This document shows positions 49,707 through 57,831 of a stretch of 57,831 nt of DNA, in pieces (within the stretch, counting starts at the first letter, position 1; each line of letters begins with the position of its first letter). The notes below the pieces were generated by a model. That model was not told the DNA's origin. It worked only from the letters and a program-made list of their open reading frames with translations, and searched no databases. A program made the translations under genes and the position numbers. The DNA lies in the NCBI RefSeq assembly GCF_002087085.1, contig NZ_MWQY01000022.1:1-57831 (forward strand), read 5' to 3'.

Positions 49707-50018
49707 TCAGTCAGTGCAAGCAGAAAATCTGAATAACGGACAGCGCTCATCATTACGATAGACCGTAACAACACCACCGTCTTCCGCTATAAGAACACTG
49801 CAATTCTGAAGCTCCATACTCTTGCCTGTCGAATCCAATACCAGAAATGGCGATGGCAAAATGGTAACCAGATAACGTCCACCGCTAAGCTCATACACGG
49901 TTCCACGGTGCAGGATTGTGCTTACATCATCAGGGGAGATCCCACGCTCCACCATTCTCTGACGAGCGTGGTTCGATAAAGAGATACGATCCGGTGACCC
50001 GGAAAACCTACATGGCAT
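49707..50018 (-). CDS. DUF4258-like small protein (RelE/BrnT-like toxin fold)
   Basis: LSNHARQRMVERGISPDDV...VVTVY signature; GAGGAGG RBS before ATG 50018. Confidence 0.75.
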   Translation of the reverse strand: MPCRFSGSPDRISLSNHARQRMVERGISPDDVSTILHRGTVYELSGGRYLVTILPSPFLVLDSTGKSMELQNCSVLIAEDGGVVTVYRNDERCPLFRFSACTD

Positions 50019-50112
50019 ATTAGCCCTCCTCAATAAGGTTTTCAGAGATCAACTCTCAGGTGAGCCATGGTGAGCTCTTAGAGCAGACTTCTGTAATATT
50101 TTTATGAGTTCC

Positions 50113-52863
50113 CTACCGGAACTCAGTATTTCTGACTCTGTTTGCCTCCACCTCATCAATTTCCGCGTTGAAAGATATACGATGAGCCTGCCGGATCCAC
50201 CACCAGGCCTGAAATAGATGCCTTCTATGAGATCCTGGCCCCCATCCGGTTCGTAGATTCTGGAGACCCCTGCGCACTTCAACGGCTACTTCCTGAACCA
50301 TGGGAGACAGATCCTCCTCGGAAACCTTGCGTAAGACCGGATCAATTGAATGCCCTTTACCGGTTTGTTTTACCGCCAGATCATCCAGTGCCCGCAGATA
50401 CGCCGTGCGCCATACAGGATCAGGCTCCATTCGCGAGGGGTCAAAGCCTTCAAAATCATGTAGTGGTGTGTTTAACATCCGGCTTTCAGGATTACCCTTT
50501 ATCGGTTTAAGCTTATCGAGTAAATACAGCGTCATGCTACGGCGCACATCCCGTAAGTCATCAGGTTTACTGATCAGCCGCAGGATATGGTCAATAGCGT
50601 CGGGAATCACGGAAAGTGGAACCTCGGATCTGTCCAGATGAAGAAGATTATTACCAACACTCAGCGCCGGCAGACTGCGAAACGTGAGCAGCAAGGGCTT
50701 GAGCACCTTCCACCAGCCAAGAATTGATCCCCCGACTATTGCTGCAGACGTTGCCAGGTATAATTCTGTGTCCGGTGCTACATCGGGATCACGGAACTTT
50801 CCACGAAGGCTTCGTAATAACTCAAGGGATTGTTCAGCCAATTGCTGTATATCTTCAGGATCTCCAGGAAGCAAACCTTCTTCAATACGAATAGCTTCAG
50901 CTGCGAGGCATACTTCGATGGAGAACTTCAATGATTCATCGATAGATTCCTTCTGTAGACGATCAAGTACATCCTTTATTGCGACTTGATCATGCTGATC
51001 GAATTTCGTCCCTGCAACGTACGCCTGCCACAGGGAAACTCCCATCATCACATCAGGTACATACCTCTGTACGAAACTAAGTAACGATGATATGAGTACC
51101 CGCTCTTCAGGTAGTCCGAGGTCATTCCAAATAGCATAGGGCACGTCGATTATTCGGTTATCATATTCAAACTTGGCCCATATCGATTCTGGATCTGGAT
51201 TCTCAAGCTCAATCGCCACCAGAAAAATATGCCCCCACATGTCTGTGCTGTTCTGGATGTGTTCGCGTGATTGTGTATTCCCGAGTGCTGCGGATATAAG
51301 GCAGGGAACTGTCAAACGGGAGAAGGATGTAAGCTCCGCAGGATTCCGCGGAACGAGTATGTCACTGCTTGCAGAAAACACATTGATAAACTGACGGAAT
51401 TCTTGGGAAAGAACAAAATTATTTGCAAAAAGAGCTACATCATCAGTCGACTTCTCATCTGCTTCTGATAAAGCCTGAATCCATTCTTTTGTTACATAAG
51501 CTATCCACATATCGAGAAGAGCGGAGTCTCCCCAATTATCGTTACCAAGGGTCAGGACCCGTCTTACCAGCAACGGATCATCGCCTGCGAACTCGATTAA
51601 CTTCCAAAGCCATTCATCGACATCTGGATCGTCCATCTGCCACCGGGTACCTGCAATCCACAGCCAGAGAAGACTGATCACCGGATTGTCGGTACCCAGG
51701 GTTTCATCCAGCATCAGACCAAGAACATCCCGGGAAAACTGACGATTGAGGAAAGGGGCACCAGGTTTGCTATTGGCTCGGTTAACCCACTCCTTGAGTG
51801 CTGGTTTTACATCTCCTGACAAGAAAATCCCGGCAAGAGTCTCAACCATCTCATCATAATCAGTATCTTCTTCTCCCAGAGGCATTATCTGATCTTCAGG
51901 ATGCACCTGTGATTCAGAGAACAAAAATCCGAAAAGCTTTTCCTGATCCTTAAGGCCCTTTTTCGCAGACTCCTCGATAATGGTTTGTTCGATCATTTTG
52001 ACGACATAAGGATCCTTGGTGGCCAGTGCAAGTATCGCCTCAAGCGTTTGCGCTATAGCAGGATAGTTTTCGTACCTTGATTGGAACTTTGTTTCACCAG
52101 AGGAATTCCTCCTGACAGCAAACACAGTCTCAAGAAGAGTGATTAACTGACTGATTTCAAGTTTGTTGATAAAGTCCTGTAGTTGTTCAGGATACCAATG
52201 AAACATGACCCAGATTCTGAGGAAGATCTCTATGGGCTGATCCTCAGCTTCTCTATCAGCTGATTTTGGTGCTATCTGAATAGGCGTTTGATTGAGGTTC
52301 GGAATTACCAGAGATAATACCGAAAATACCAGCGGTTCTGGAAGCTCATCATTAAAACCTTCCAGTAGCCGAACAGTATCATCAGTTACTTCTGCTTCCA
52401 GGTAAAAACGAATACGATCTGCCAGCCGAAGCTCTTTTAGCCAGGAATAAACAGGTTTGGGTAAATTCGTCTCTTTAAGAAACGTCAGGAGATATCCATC
52501 CTTAAACATCTCATCCAAAACTTCCCGAAATTCTGGTAGATCCTCGAGGTGTTCCCAGTCAAGATTCTGCTTTTCCTGCTGTCTGCGAGAAGGCTCGATT
52601 TCTTTCAGCTCATCAAAGTCTCCTAATAGAGCGGCCATACGCAAAAGCGGCTCGTCAGCGCCAGTTCGTTTGGCAATGGTATCGAGCTTGTGTAGAACAG
52701 ACTTCAGTGCATGGACCTGTTCCTGGGAATCCATTCCCCGGTCTTCATCTGAATCCTGATCGAGTAGCATCCAGGATGTACACCAGTCCACGTACCTGTC
52801 AGATAAATGCGCGAAGGTTCCTTCTGGAAACGGGTTATTGGATAACGGCCTAATAAACGTCAT
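50113..52863 (-). CDS. 916-aa hypothetical, predominantly alpha-helical protein
   Basis: Long uninterrupted ORF with GGGAG RBS and its own promoter; no catalytic motif recognised. Confidence 0.8.
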   Translation of the reverse strand: MTFIRPLSNNPFPEGTFAHLSDRYVDWCTSWMLLDQDSDEDRGMDSQEQVHALKSVLHKLDTIAKRTGADEPLLRMAALLGDFDELKEIEPSRRQQEKQNLDWEHLEDLPEFREVLDEMFKDGYLLTFLKETNLPKPVYSWLKELRLADRIRFYLEAEVTDDTVRLLEGFNDELPEPLVFSVLSLVIPNLNQTPIQIAPKSADREAEDQPIEIFLRIWVMFHWYPEQLQDFINKLEISQLITLLETVFAVRRNSSGETKFQSRYENYPAIAQTLEAILALATKDPYVVKMIEQTIIEESAKKGLKDQEKLFGFLFSESQVHPEDQIMPLGEEDTDYDEMVETLAGIFLSGDVKPALKEWVNRANSKPGAPFLNRQFSRDVLGLMLDETLGTDNPVISLLWLWIAGTRWQMDDPDVDEWLWKLIEFAGDDPLLVRRVLTLGNDNWGDSALLDMWIAYVTKEWIQALSEADEKSTDDVALFANNFVLSQEFRQFINVFSASSDILVPRNPAELTSFSRLTVPCLISAALGNTQSREHIQNSTDMWGHIFLVAIELENPDPESIWAKFEYDNRIIDVPYAIWNDLGLPEERVLISSLLSFVQRYVPDVMMGVSLWQAYVAGTKFDQHDQVAIKDVLDRLQKESIDESLKFSIEVCLAAEAIRIEEGLLPGDPEDIQQLAEQSLELLRSLRGKFRDPDVAPDTELYLATSAAIVGGSILGWWKVLKPLLLTFRSLPALSVGNNLLHLDRSEVPLSVIPDAIDHILRLISKPDDLRDVRRSMTLYLLDKLKPIKGNPESRMLNTPLHDFEGFDPSRMEPDPVWRTAYLRALDDLAVKQTGKGHSIDPVLRKVSEEDLSPMVQEVAVEVRRGLQNLRTGWGPGSHRRHLFQAWWWIRQAHRISFNAEIDEVEANRVRNTEFR

Positions 52864-52972
52864 ATCTTACTCCCAAAACGATCATTGGGAGGCCCCTGTG
52901 AAGAACAGGGACGGGCCAGACCAAACAGTCTGCTTAACACCCATTCTGGGCGTCTATTCCCTAACCAGGTTA

Positions 52973-53001
52973 ATAGTAGCCTATAATGTTTGCGCAGTCA
53001 A
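52973..53001 (-). promoter_or_regulatory. Sigma70-type promoter for the cargo region
   Basis: Minus strand TTGACT-17 bp-TACTAT, about 110 bp upstream of the 916-aa gene. Confidence 0.65.
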
Positions 53002-53024
53002 TAAAAACCTGGCGTGCTACAAAA

Positions 53025-53513
53025 TCAATGAGGAGTACTTATCAACCGCTCCAGCCTACTGAGCATTTCTTCCCGGGCATCAGGATAATCTTCCAGTACA
53101 TTAAGAACATGTGCCAGTACATCCTGTAGGACTGTATCAGTACAGAATCTGGTTCTGTATCGGCATATTTTCTTAGTATTATCAGGCAGCTGCATCTCGA
53201 TAAGTCGCAACTCCTGCTTGATTAAATTGAGGGTATACAGGAAATCCTCCTGGTGGAGTGCAGTTTCCTGTAATCTGCTGAGCCTCTGCTCTTTTTCCAT
53301 AATAAACTTCCAAAGAACATGTTCTTCTTGTTGCTGTTGCCTGACATGTGCTCGTCCCAGTATAAAGCACAGATGATATTGTTTGTGACGACTCAGCGCA
53401 GCTATCGACACCGAAAACCGTTTCGCTATGTTCCGGTACGAATCCCCGGAGATGAGCGCCTGATTAACCTCAAGTGAGTTAGCATGTGTACAAATCGAAC
53501 ATTTGCGCCCCAT
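53025..53513 (-). CDS. CxxC + HTH protein of mobile elements (possible TerS-like/packaging-related)
   Basis: MGRKCSICTH...SYRNIAKRFSVSIAALSRHKQYH, then coiled-coil helices. Start ATG 53513 with GAAGGGG RBS. Confidence 0.65.
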   Translation of the reverse strand: MGRKCSICTHANSLEVNQALISGDSYRNIAKRFSVSIAALSRHKQYHLCFILGRAHVRQQQQEEHVLWKFIMEKEQRLSRLQETALHQEDFLYTLNLIKQELRLIEMQLPDNTKKICRYRTRFCTDTVLQDVLAHVLNVLEDYPDAREEMLSRLERLISTPH

Positions 53514-53552
53514 GTATACCCCTTCAACTAAAGTTTCCATTGAGCTAAATAC

Positions 53553-53651
53553 GGTGACAGGTGACACGTGGTGACAGACAAATCAAGGTTATATGCAAAT
53601 AGTATGTCCTATCGAGCCTTAACCCAAAAATGCCTGACATCACCCGTCACC
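53553..53651. repeat. Iteron-like cluster (putative replication origin)
   Basis: GGTGACA at 53553, 53560 and 53570; inverted TCACC/GTCACC at 53640 and 53646; AT-richer spacer; immediately downstream of the helicase gene. Confidence 0.6.
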
Positions 53652-53660
53652 CCGACATCG

Positions 53661-55175
53661 CTACTCTACTCGATACTCTGGACGCAGTTGGATTCCCTGG
53701 TAATATCGTCCATACTTGGTCTTTTTATAGGGATACCCCTGCTCCTGTAATGCCTCCTTCCAGGCTCTTCCGAGAAAAGGCTTGTATCCATTTTCTTCGC
53801 ACCATTTCTCATAAGCAGTACGCAATTTACTGGCAGAAGTAGAAAAGGAACCTCCGATTTCACAGCAATCTTCAATAAAAGCACCTATCAGGTCCTCATC
53901 CTGCCTGTATACCTCTGTTGCAGTCTGGATCGTTTCGCTATCTCCATACCCGTCTTTATACCAACGGACTGCCCCACTGATTATCCATGCAAGGATGAAT
54001 GGACCTGACTGTTCCCACAATTTGGCTGCATAATCCGGGTCTCTCAAACCCTCTGGGACAATATTCTGAAAAGGAAATAGTCTTACTCGTCTCCAGATTC
54101 CGGTATCCCTGCCGGTTATCCGCGGCTTATGATTGGTGAGAATTGCGATTGACGCGCAGGGGCGATAGGTAAAGGTATGTTCGCCCTTTCTACTCACCGC
54201 GATGGAATCCCCCCCTGTTAGGGCTTTAATCCGACCTTCATCCAGGTGTATTCCGTTTGAAGGTTCTGCCGCATAGGTAAAGCGGACCCCCCTAAGAGCC
54301 GCCAGATCATCAGAATGACCAGCTGCACGACGATTTGTCTGAAGGGTTTCGATGGCAACTGGAGCTGCATAATCCCCCAGACACCGGGCAATTGTCTCAA
54401 ACGTAACGCTTTTTGAGTTCGCACCTTCCCCATAGGCAATTATGACGCGCTCTTTCGGCGTTCGACCGCTTGCACACGATCCTGCAAAGCGATTGAGCGC
54501 AGACTTGAGGTCCGGTTTTCCATTGCTGACAAATTCCATCAACTCGAGCCATGCCTTGGGATCGTGGTCAGGATCAGGAGCTATGCCAGTAATCTTTGAA
54601 AGCATCAAATCAGGACTGTGCTCTATCTTTACTCCTGTCCTGAGATTGAATACTCCTGATGGAGTATTGAGCAGGTCAGGATCAGCGTCGAAATCCGAAT
54701 CATCACACGCTATCTGAGGGTCTCGAGCAGCGAGGTTAAGCATTGCCTTTATCCTTGAATAACTCTCTGACCGTTTGGCGTGATCTGCCATTTCCTTTCG
54801 CTTCTCAGTATCACCTATTAAATAGGCCTCTGAATACATTGACCGGACAACCTGACGCGCCAGGTTATAGTGATACATCTTAGTATCCCGAATCCAGCGT
54901 GTTCCATCATAAACCATCCATGACCCTGAAGTATGGTTGTATTTGGCTATTTTGCGGTACATGTCAGCGTACCGTTCCGAATTACCCAGATCAGTCAATT
55001 TCCGGTGTGGACGGCAGACAACCGATTGACTTTGAAGGGTAACGTAATCCTTGATTATCGAGACGATACCATCGTTTGCATGACAGCCTTCATCACATGA
55101 GAAGCGAATAGGCTCTCCAACAGCAGGATCCGGAATAGCTACCGTCTGAACATTCTGGTCATTTATACTTTTCAT
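53661..55175 (-). CDS. P4-alpha/D5-family phage/plasmid primase-helicase (D5_N + SF3 helicase + winged helix)
   Basis: TDLGNSERY, WMVYDGTRW, LLNTPSGVFNL, GEGANSKS, IKALTGGD, TNHKP, GIWRRV, LRTAYEKWCEENG. Start reassigned to ATG 55175. Confidence 0.9.
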   Translation of the reverse strand: MKSINDQNVQTVAIPDPAVGEPIRFSCDEGCHANDGIVSIIKDYVTLQSQSVVCRPHRKLTDLGNSERYADMYRKIAKYNHTSGSWMVYDGTRWIRDTKMYHYNLARQVVRSMYSEAYLIGDTEKRKEMADHAKRSESYSRIKAMLNLAARDPQIACDDSDFDADPDLLNTPSGVFNLRTGVKIEHSPDLMLSKITGIAPDPDHDPKAWLELMEFVSNGKPDLKSALNRFAGSCASGRTPKERVIIAYGEGANSKSVTFETIARCLGDYAAPVAIETLQTNRRAAGHSDDLAALRGVRFTYAAEPSNGIHLDEGRIKALTGGDSIAVSRKGEHTFTYRPCASIAILTNHKPRITGRDTGIWRRVRLFPFQNIVPEGLRDPDYAAKLWEQSGPFILAWIISGAVRWYKDGYGDSETIQTATEVYRQDEDLIGAFIEDCCEIGGSFSTSASKLRTAYEKWCEENGYKPFLGRAWKEALQEQGYPYKKTKYGRYYQGIQLRPEYRVE

Positions 55176-55353
55176 GTGCAGCCGCCTTTTTGGTAGGCAT
55201 GAACTTCGTAGTGAGTGTCCGATCAACACGGCGAATCTCTGAAGCATGAATGCTGAAAACTGCACCAACCTCACAAAAACTGTTTGCATTGATCTGCTCG
55301 ACTATCCATTCCGCAATCTCGGCAATCTCTTCAGGGAGTATTACTGTCTTCAC
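55159..55353 (-). CDS. Small hypothetical protein between xis and the helicase
   Basis: Overlaps the xis-like stop by 4 nt, has a GGGAGG RBS, and overlaps the helicase start. Confidence 0.55.
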   Translation of the reverse strand: MKTVILPEEIAEIAEWIVEQINANSFCEVGAVFSIHASEIRRVDRTLTTKFMPTKKAAAHEKYK

Positions 55354-55574
55354 TTAGCCCTCCCGTTCGCCTTGCGGTAGCCAGCTGCTATAAAGTCGTT
55401 GAGAATTTCCGGAGTCAGGAAAGTACGTCCCCCAAGCTTAATTGTGTCGATCAAGCCTGCGGATGACCATTTCCTGATGGTGATAGGTGCGACACAAAGC
55501 AGCTTTGCAGCTTCTTCATAACTGAGGAGACGTTTTTCATTGGAAATTGGAGAAACAAGTAGGTCTTTAGACAT
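55350..55574 (-). CDS. Excisionase-like HTH DNA-binding protein (HTH_17)
   Basis: RLLSYEEAAKLLCVAPITIRKWSSAGLIDTIKLGGRTF pattern. Confidence 0.85.
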   Translation of the reverse strand: MSKDLLVSPISNEKRLLSYEEAAKLLCVAPITIRKWSSAGLIDTIKLGGRTFLTPEILNDFIAAGYRKANGRAK

Positions 55575-55593
55575 GGGTAGACCTCATAAATAC

Positions 55594-55615
55594 CTCGAGA
55601 AATTTCTCGAGAAAT
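55594..55615. promoter_or_regulatory. Perfect palindromic operator-like site upstream of xis
   Basis: CTCGAGAAATTTCTCGAG (18-bp palindrome) overlapping ATTTCTCGAGAAAT. Confidence 0.6.
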
Positions 55616-55745
55616 AGTGAGTCTTCCGGTCTACCTTCTCGACCTTCTGGAACCCTGCGATCAACTCACGCAGTTTTCCACTGATAGAAAGATAGCATCT
55701 TCCAATTGGTGTGCCAGGTGTTTCTATCAGAAATATTAAGGATGC

Positions 55746-56207
55746 CTATGGAAGTGATTTGACGGTCACTTTTGACAAGAGCACCCTCGCCTTGAGTCTT
55801 GTATATTCAGATGCAGACTCAAGATCATCTAAAATTGTTGTACAGTTGCATTTCTGTTCCAGGTCGTAGTCACGATATAACCTTAGCGTTAGACGATGAA
55901 AAGCTAAGGATAATTCTGAAATCCCTTCTTGCGACGGATCCAGCTTGTTTCTATCATCAGGAAAATCAGGCGCCTTTATTCGCACAGATCTGTCTCTACC
56001 AATCATGATCTTATGTTGTTCTGAACTGTTTCTTTTCGCATTCAAAAAGAGTGCGGCCTCTAATTTGATAGCTAACTGTAGAGGTATACGCCCAGTCTTC
56101 ACGAAGCGCCTGAAATCGGTCCAGTGAATATCAGATATTATCGACATTCTCCTTAATGATATTCCAATCTCATCGCTTAGCTTGGCAAAGTTCAGCCGGA
56201 TCTTCAT
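55746..56207 (-). CDS. Putative XRE-like HTH regulator
   Basis: Start ATG 56207 with GAGG RBS; LSDEIGISLRRMSIISDIHWTDFRRFVKTG...LAIKLEAAL resembles an XRE HTH. Confidence 0.55.
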   Translation of the reverse strand: MKIRLNFAKLSDEIGISLRRMSIISDIHWTDFRRFVKTGRIPLQLAIKLEAALFLNAKRNSSEQHKIMIGRDRSVRIKAPDFPDDRNKLDPSQEGISELSLAFHRLTLRLYRDYDLEQKCNCTTILDDLESASEYTRLKARVLLSKVTVKSLP

Positions 56208-56449
56208 GATTTCCTCACTGTATGAATTATATAAAAAAATACAGGAAGAGACAAGCATATATAGTACCTGTTCGCTCTTATTACTCATCTTCCACACCAC
56301 AGATAGCGCTTTATATGATAACATATACAGCCTTTTTCGAGTATATACAGGCAAATAATGACATACGTTAACACTTACGTTTAAGCATATATTCTACATT
56401 CTCCATATGTTGGCTCAAAATCTCACATAACTCATTAAGTTTCGTTTAG

Positions 56450-57640
56450 CTACGCAGATTCTGCAGTTCCTATGATGGTAAACATTCTTCTCTGCGCTTC
56501 AGCCACATCTTCCATCCCATCAATGTGATAATAATGAGAAGTCATGGATTTACTCATATGGCCTGTAAGCCGTTGAATCTTCTCAATAGGAACTCGACTT
56601 TCAAGAAGCAACGTATTGAAGAAATGCCGGTGCGAATGAAACGTAATATTCCGCTGTATTCGGATTCGCTCCGTAATACCTATTCTCACTAACGCCTCAT
56701 AAAACGGTTTTGTTAATACTGAATCATTACAGGGACGGCCAGGTTTGTATGTTGAAAAGAAAACATACTCATCGATCCTGTATCCCCAGGGATTCAGATC
56801 AATACATTTTTTGAGTGCATCATACACACTTTCAGGAATGGGAACAGATCGCGATTCCTGACCATTCTTAGTTCCCAGCCTGTAACCACCGTTAGAATCA
56901 GACCATACACCACGCACAGTTACCCGGCCAGGCTCTATATCTGAAATATGAAGACCCTGAATCTCCCCCAGCCTGAAGCCGGCTGATGCAGCTAACATTG
57001 ACGCAGCAAATGGTCTGGGATCGGTTATATCCCATGCTTCGCGGAAAAGGTTCTGAACCTCTTCCTGAGTTAATATTCCTCTTGCTTTGTTCTTGACAGC
57101 AGCTCGTTCAATTCGGATGTTATGCCGTATCAACTGTGCTTCATCAGCAGCATCAATTATCTGTTTTAACACGCCAAGGGCCTGGTTTATTGTTGCCCCG
57201 GCATAACCTTCTGTGAAAAGTTGGTTTCTGAACCGCCTCACAGTAGCGGTATCTAAGTCCTGAAGCCTTACTTTACCGAGACTGCGTATAACATGATGGT
57301 CAAGAAGATTGTTATTTCGTTGACATTGCTGTTTGGATATACGCTTCCCTGCTGACCGTTTGGATACAGTATGCTCCCCGTCCCAATCGAAAAAGTGACT
57401 TTTCAATTCTCCGGATTCCGGATCCGGCCTTCTATCGCACATATCAGCAATAGTGGAATACGCAGCTGCAGAAATCTTTCCCCTTGTTACATACTCCCAT
57501 GCTGCGGACTCTGCCTTCCGTTTGGTAGTTTCCCCTGTTGACCTTCCGGCGGTATATGTACCATCTGGAAGCAGGTACCGGGCGTAAAAATACCTTGATT
57601 TTTTCCGTTTAAACAGTCTGAAAGGTGCTTTCTCGGGCAT
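56450..57640 (-). CDS. Tyrosine recombinase / phage integrase
   Basis: GFRLGEIQGL (R), TKNG (K), FHSHRH (HxxR), LTGH, TSHYY (Y); N-terminal arm-binding-like region; adjacent to the att/tRNA. Confidence 0.95.
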   Translation of the reverse strand: MPEKAPFRLFKRKKSRYFYARYLLPDGTYTAGRSTGETTKRKAESAAWEYVTRGKISAAAYSTIADMCDRRPDPESGELKSHFFDWDGEHTVSKRSAGKRISKQQCQRNNNLLDHHVIRSLGKVRLQDLDTATVRRFRNQLFTEGYAGATINQALGVLKQIIDAADEAQLIRHNIRIERAAVKNKARGILTQEEVQNLFREAWDITDPRPFAASMLAASAGFRLGEIQGLHISDIEPGRVTVRGVWSDSNGGYRLGTKNGQESRSVPIPESVYDALKKCIDLNPWGYRIDEYVFFSTYKPGRPCNDSVLTKPFYEALVRIGITERIRIQRNITFHSHRHFFNTLLLESRVPIEKIQRLTGHMSKSMTSHYYHIDGMEDVAEAQRRMFTIIGTAESA

Positions 57641-57674
57641 GATGCTTCCCCTTTTCCAAGGTGGTCCAGTTTTC

Positions 57675-57693
57675 TGGTGTCACCTTGGTGTCA
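57675..57693. promoter_or_regulatory. Putative integrase arm-type binding sites, right (TGGTGTCA x2, 11-bp period)
   Basis: Matches the pair at 33830-33848. Confidence 0.65.
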
Positions 57694-57775
57694 ATTGGAG
57701 ATATTGGAAGCACAACGCCCGATGTAGGGTAGTTGTTTATAAAATCGCAACCTGTTACAGCGTAACAAGTTAGTT

Positions 57776-57831
57776 TGCCGGAGACCGGACTTGAACCGGT
57801 ACGGGCTTATTAAGCCCGGGGGATTTTAAGT
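57776..57831 (-). tRNA. tRNA-Leu(TAA), 3' portion (5' part outside the window); also the right att site; CCA not encoded
   Basis: Minus strand ACTTAAAATCCCC (anticodon TAA), long variable arm CGGGCTTAATAAGCCCG, T-arm ACCGG-TTCAAGT-CCGGT, acceptor strand CTCCGGCA. Confidence 0.85.

Larger units (their letters stand above)
33654..57831 (-). mobile_element. ~24.2 kb tRNA-Leu-integrated element (phage-satellite/PICI-like genomic island) with defence cargo
   Basis: 58-bp att direct repeats; adjacent tyrosine integrase; Xis-like HTH; P4-type helicase; uniform gene orientation; visibly more AT-rich segments than the backbone. Confidence 0.92.

Noticed and set aside
34747..52863. BREX, DISARM or MADS assignment for the multi-MTase cluster
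   Set aside because: No PglZ, BrxC, DrmAB, kinase or extra ATPase genes seen; the core genes are canonical hsdM/S/R.
33654..57831. Complete prophage or ICE
   Set aside because: No structural, lysis, relaxase or T4SS genes between the att sites.

Overview
The window has two parts. Positions 1-33650 are chromosomal backbone, probably from a free-living spirochaete; this is inferred from 'LFAFGxxE' signal peptides, a spirochaete-style lipobox and an SNTG-type kinase G-box. The backbone holds a receiver-PAS-HisKA_2 kinase, an operon of a DUF3524/QTMAN-like glycosyltransferase, an NSUN3/4-like RNA m5C methyltransferase, a COG2426 protein and a UvrD/Rep helicase, a MacAB-TolC-like export operon, two giant Ig-repeat surface proteins (1576 and 3619 aa), chrA, a LuxR regulator, an rnk-like gene and a DUF2179-like gene. 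Positions 33654-57831 are a ~24.2 kb integrative element bounded by a 58-bp direct repeat matching the 3' half of tRNA-Leu(TAA), with all genes on the minus strand. Its satellite-like core is tyrosine integrase, XRE-like HTH, Xis-like HTH, P4/D5-type helicase, iteron cluster and a CxxC-HTH protein. Its cargo is a 916-aa unknown, a DUF4258-like gene, an RNase D-like gene, a MATE transporter and an unusual type I R-M locus. That locus has two HsdM genes (NPPF and NPPY, the m6A/m4C configuration) and is interrupted by a 775-aa degenerate MTase-TRD-HEPN-like fusion, a HigBA module and a second HEPN-motif protein. The best candidates for undescribed biology are the MTase-mimic/HEPN-like 'guard' inside the R-M operon, the QTMAN-like plus NSUN3/4-like gene pair, and the barrel-anchored Ig stalk plus giant Ig lipoprotein pair. 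All family calls come from reading motifs by eye; no searches were run.
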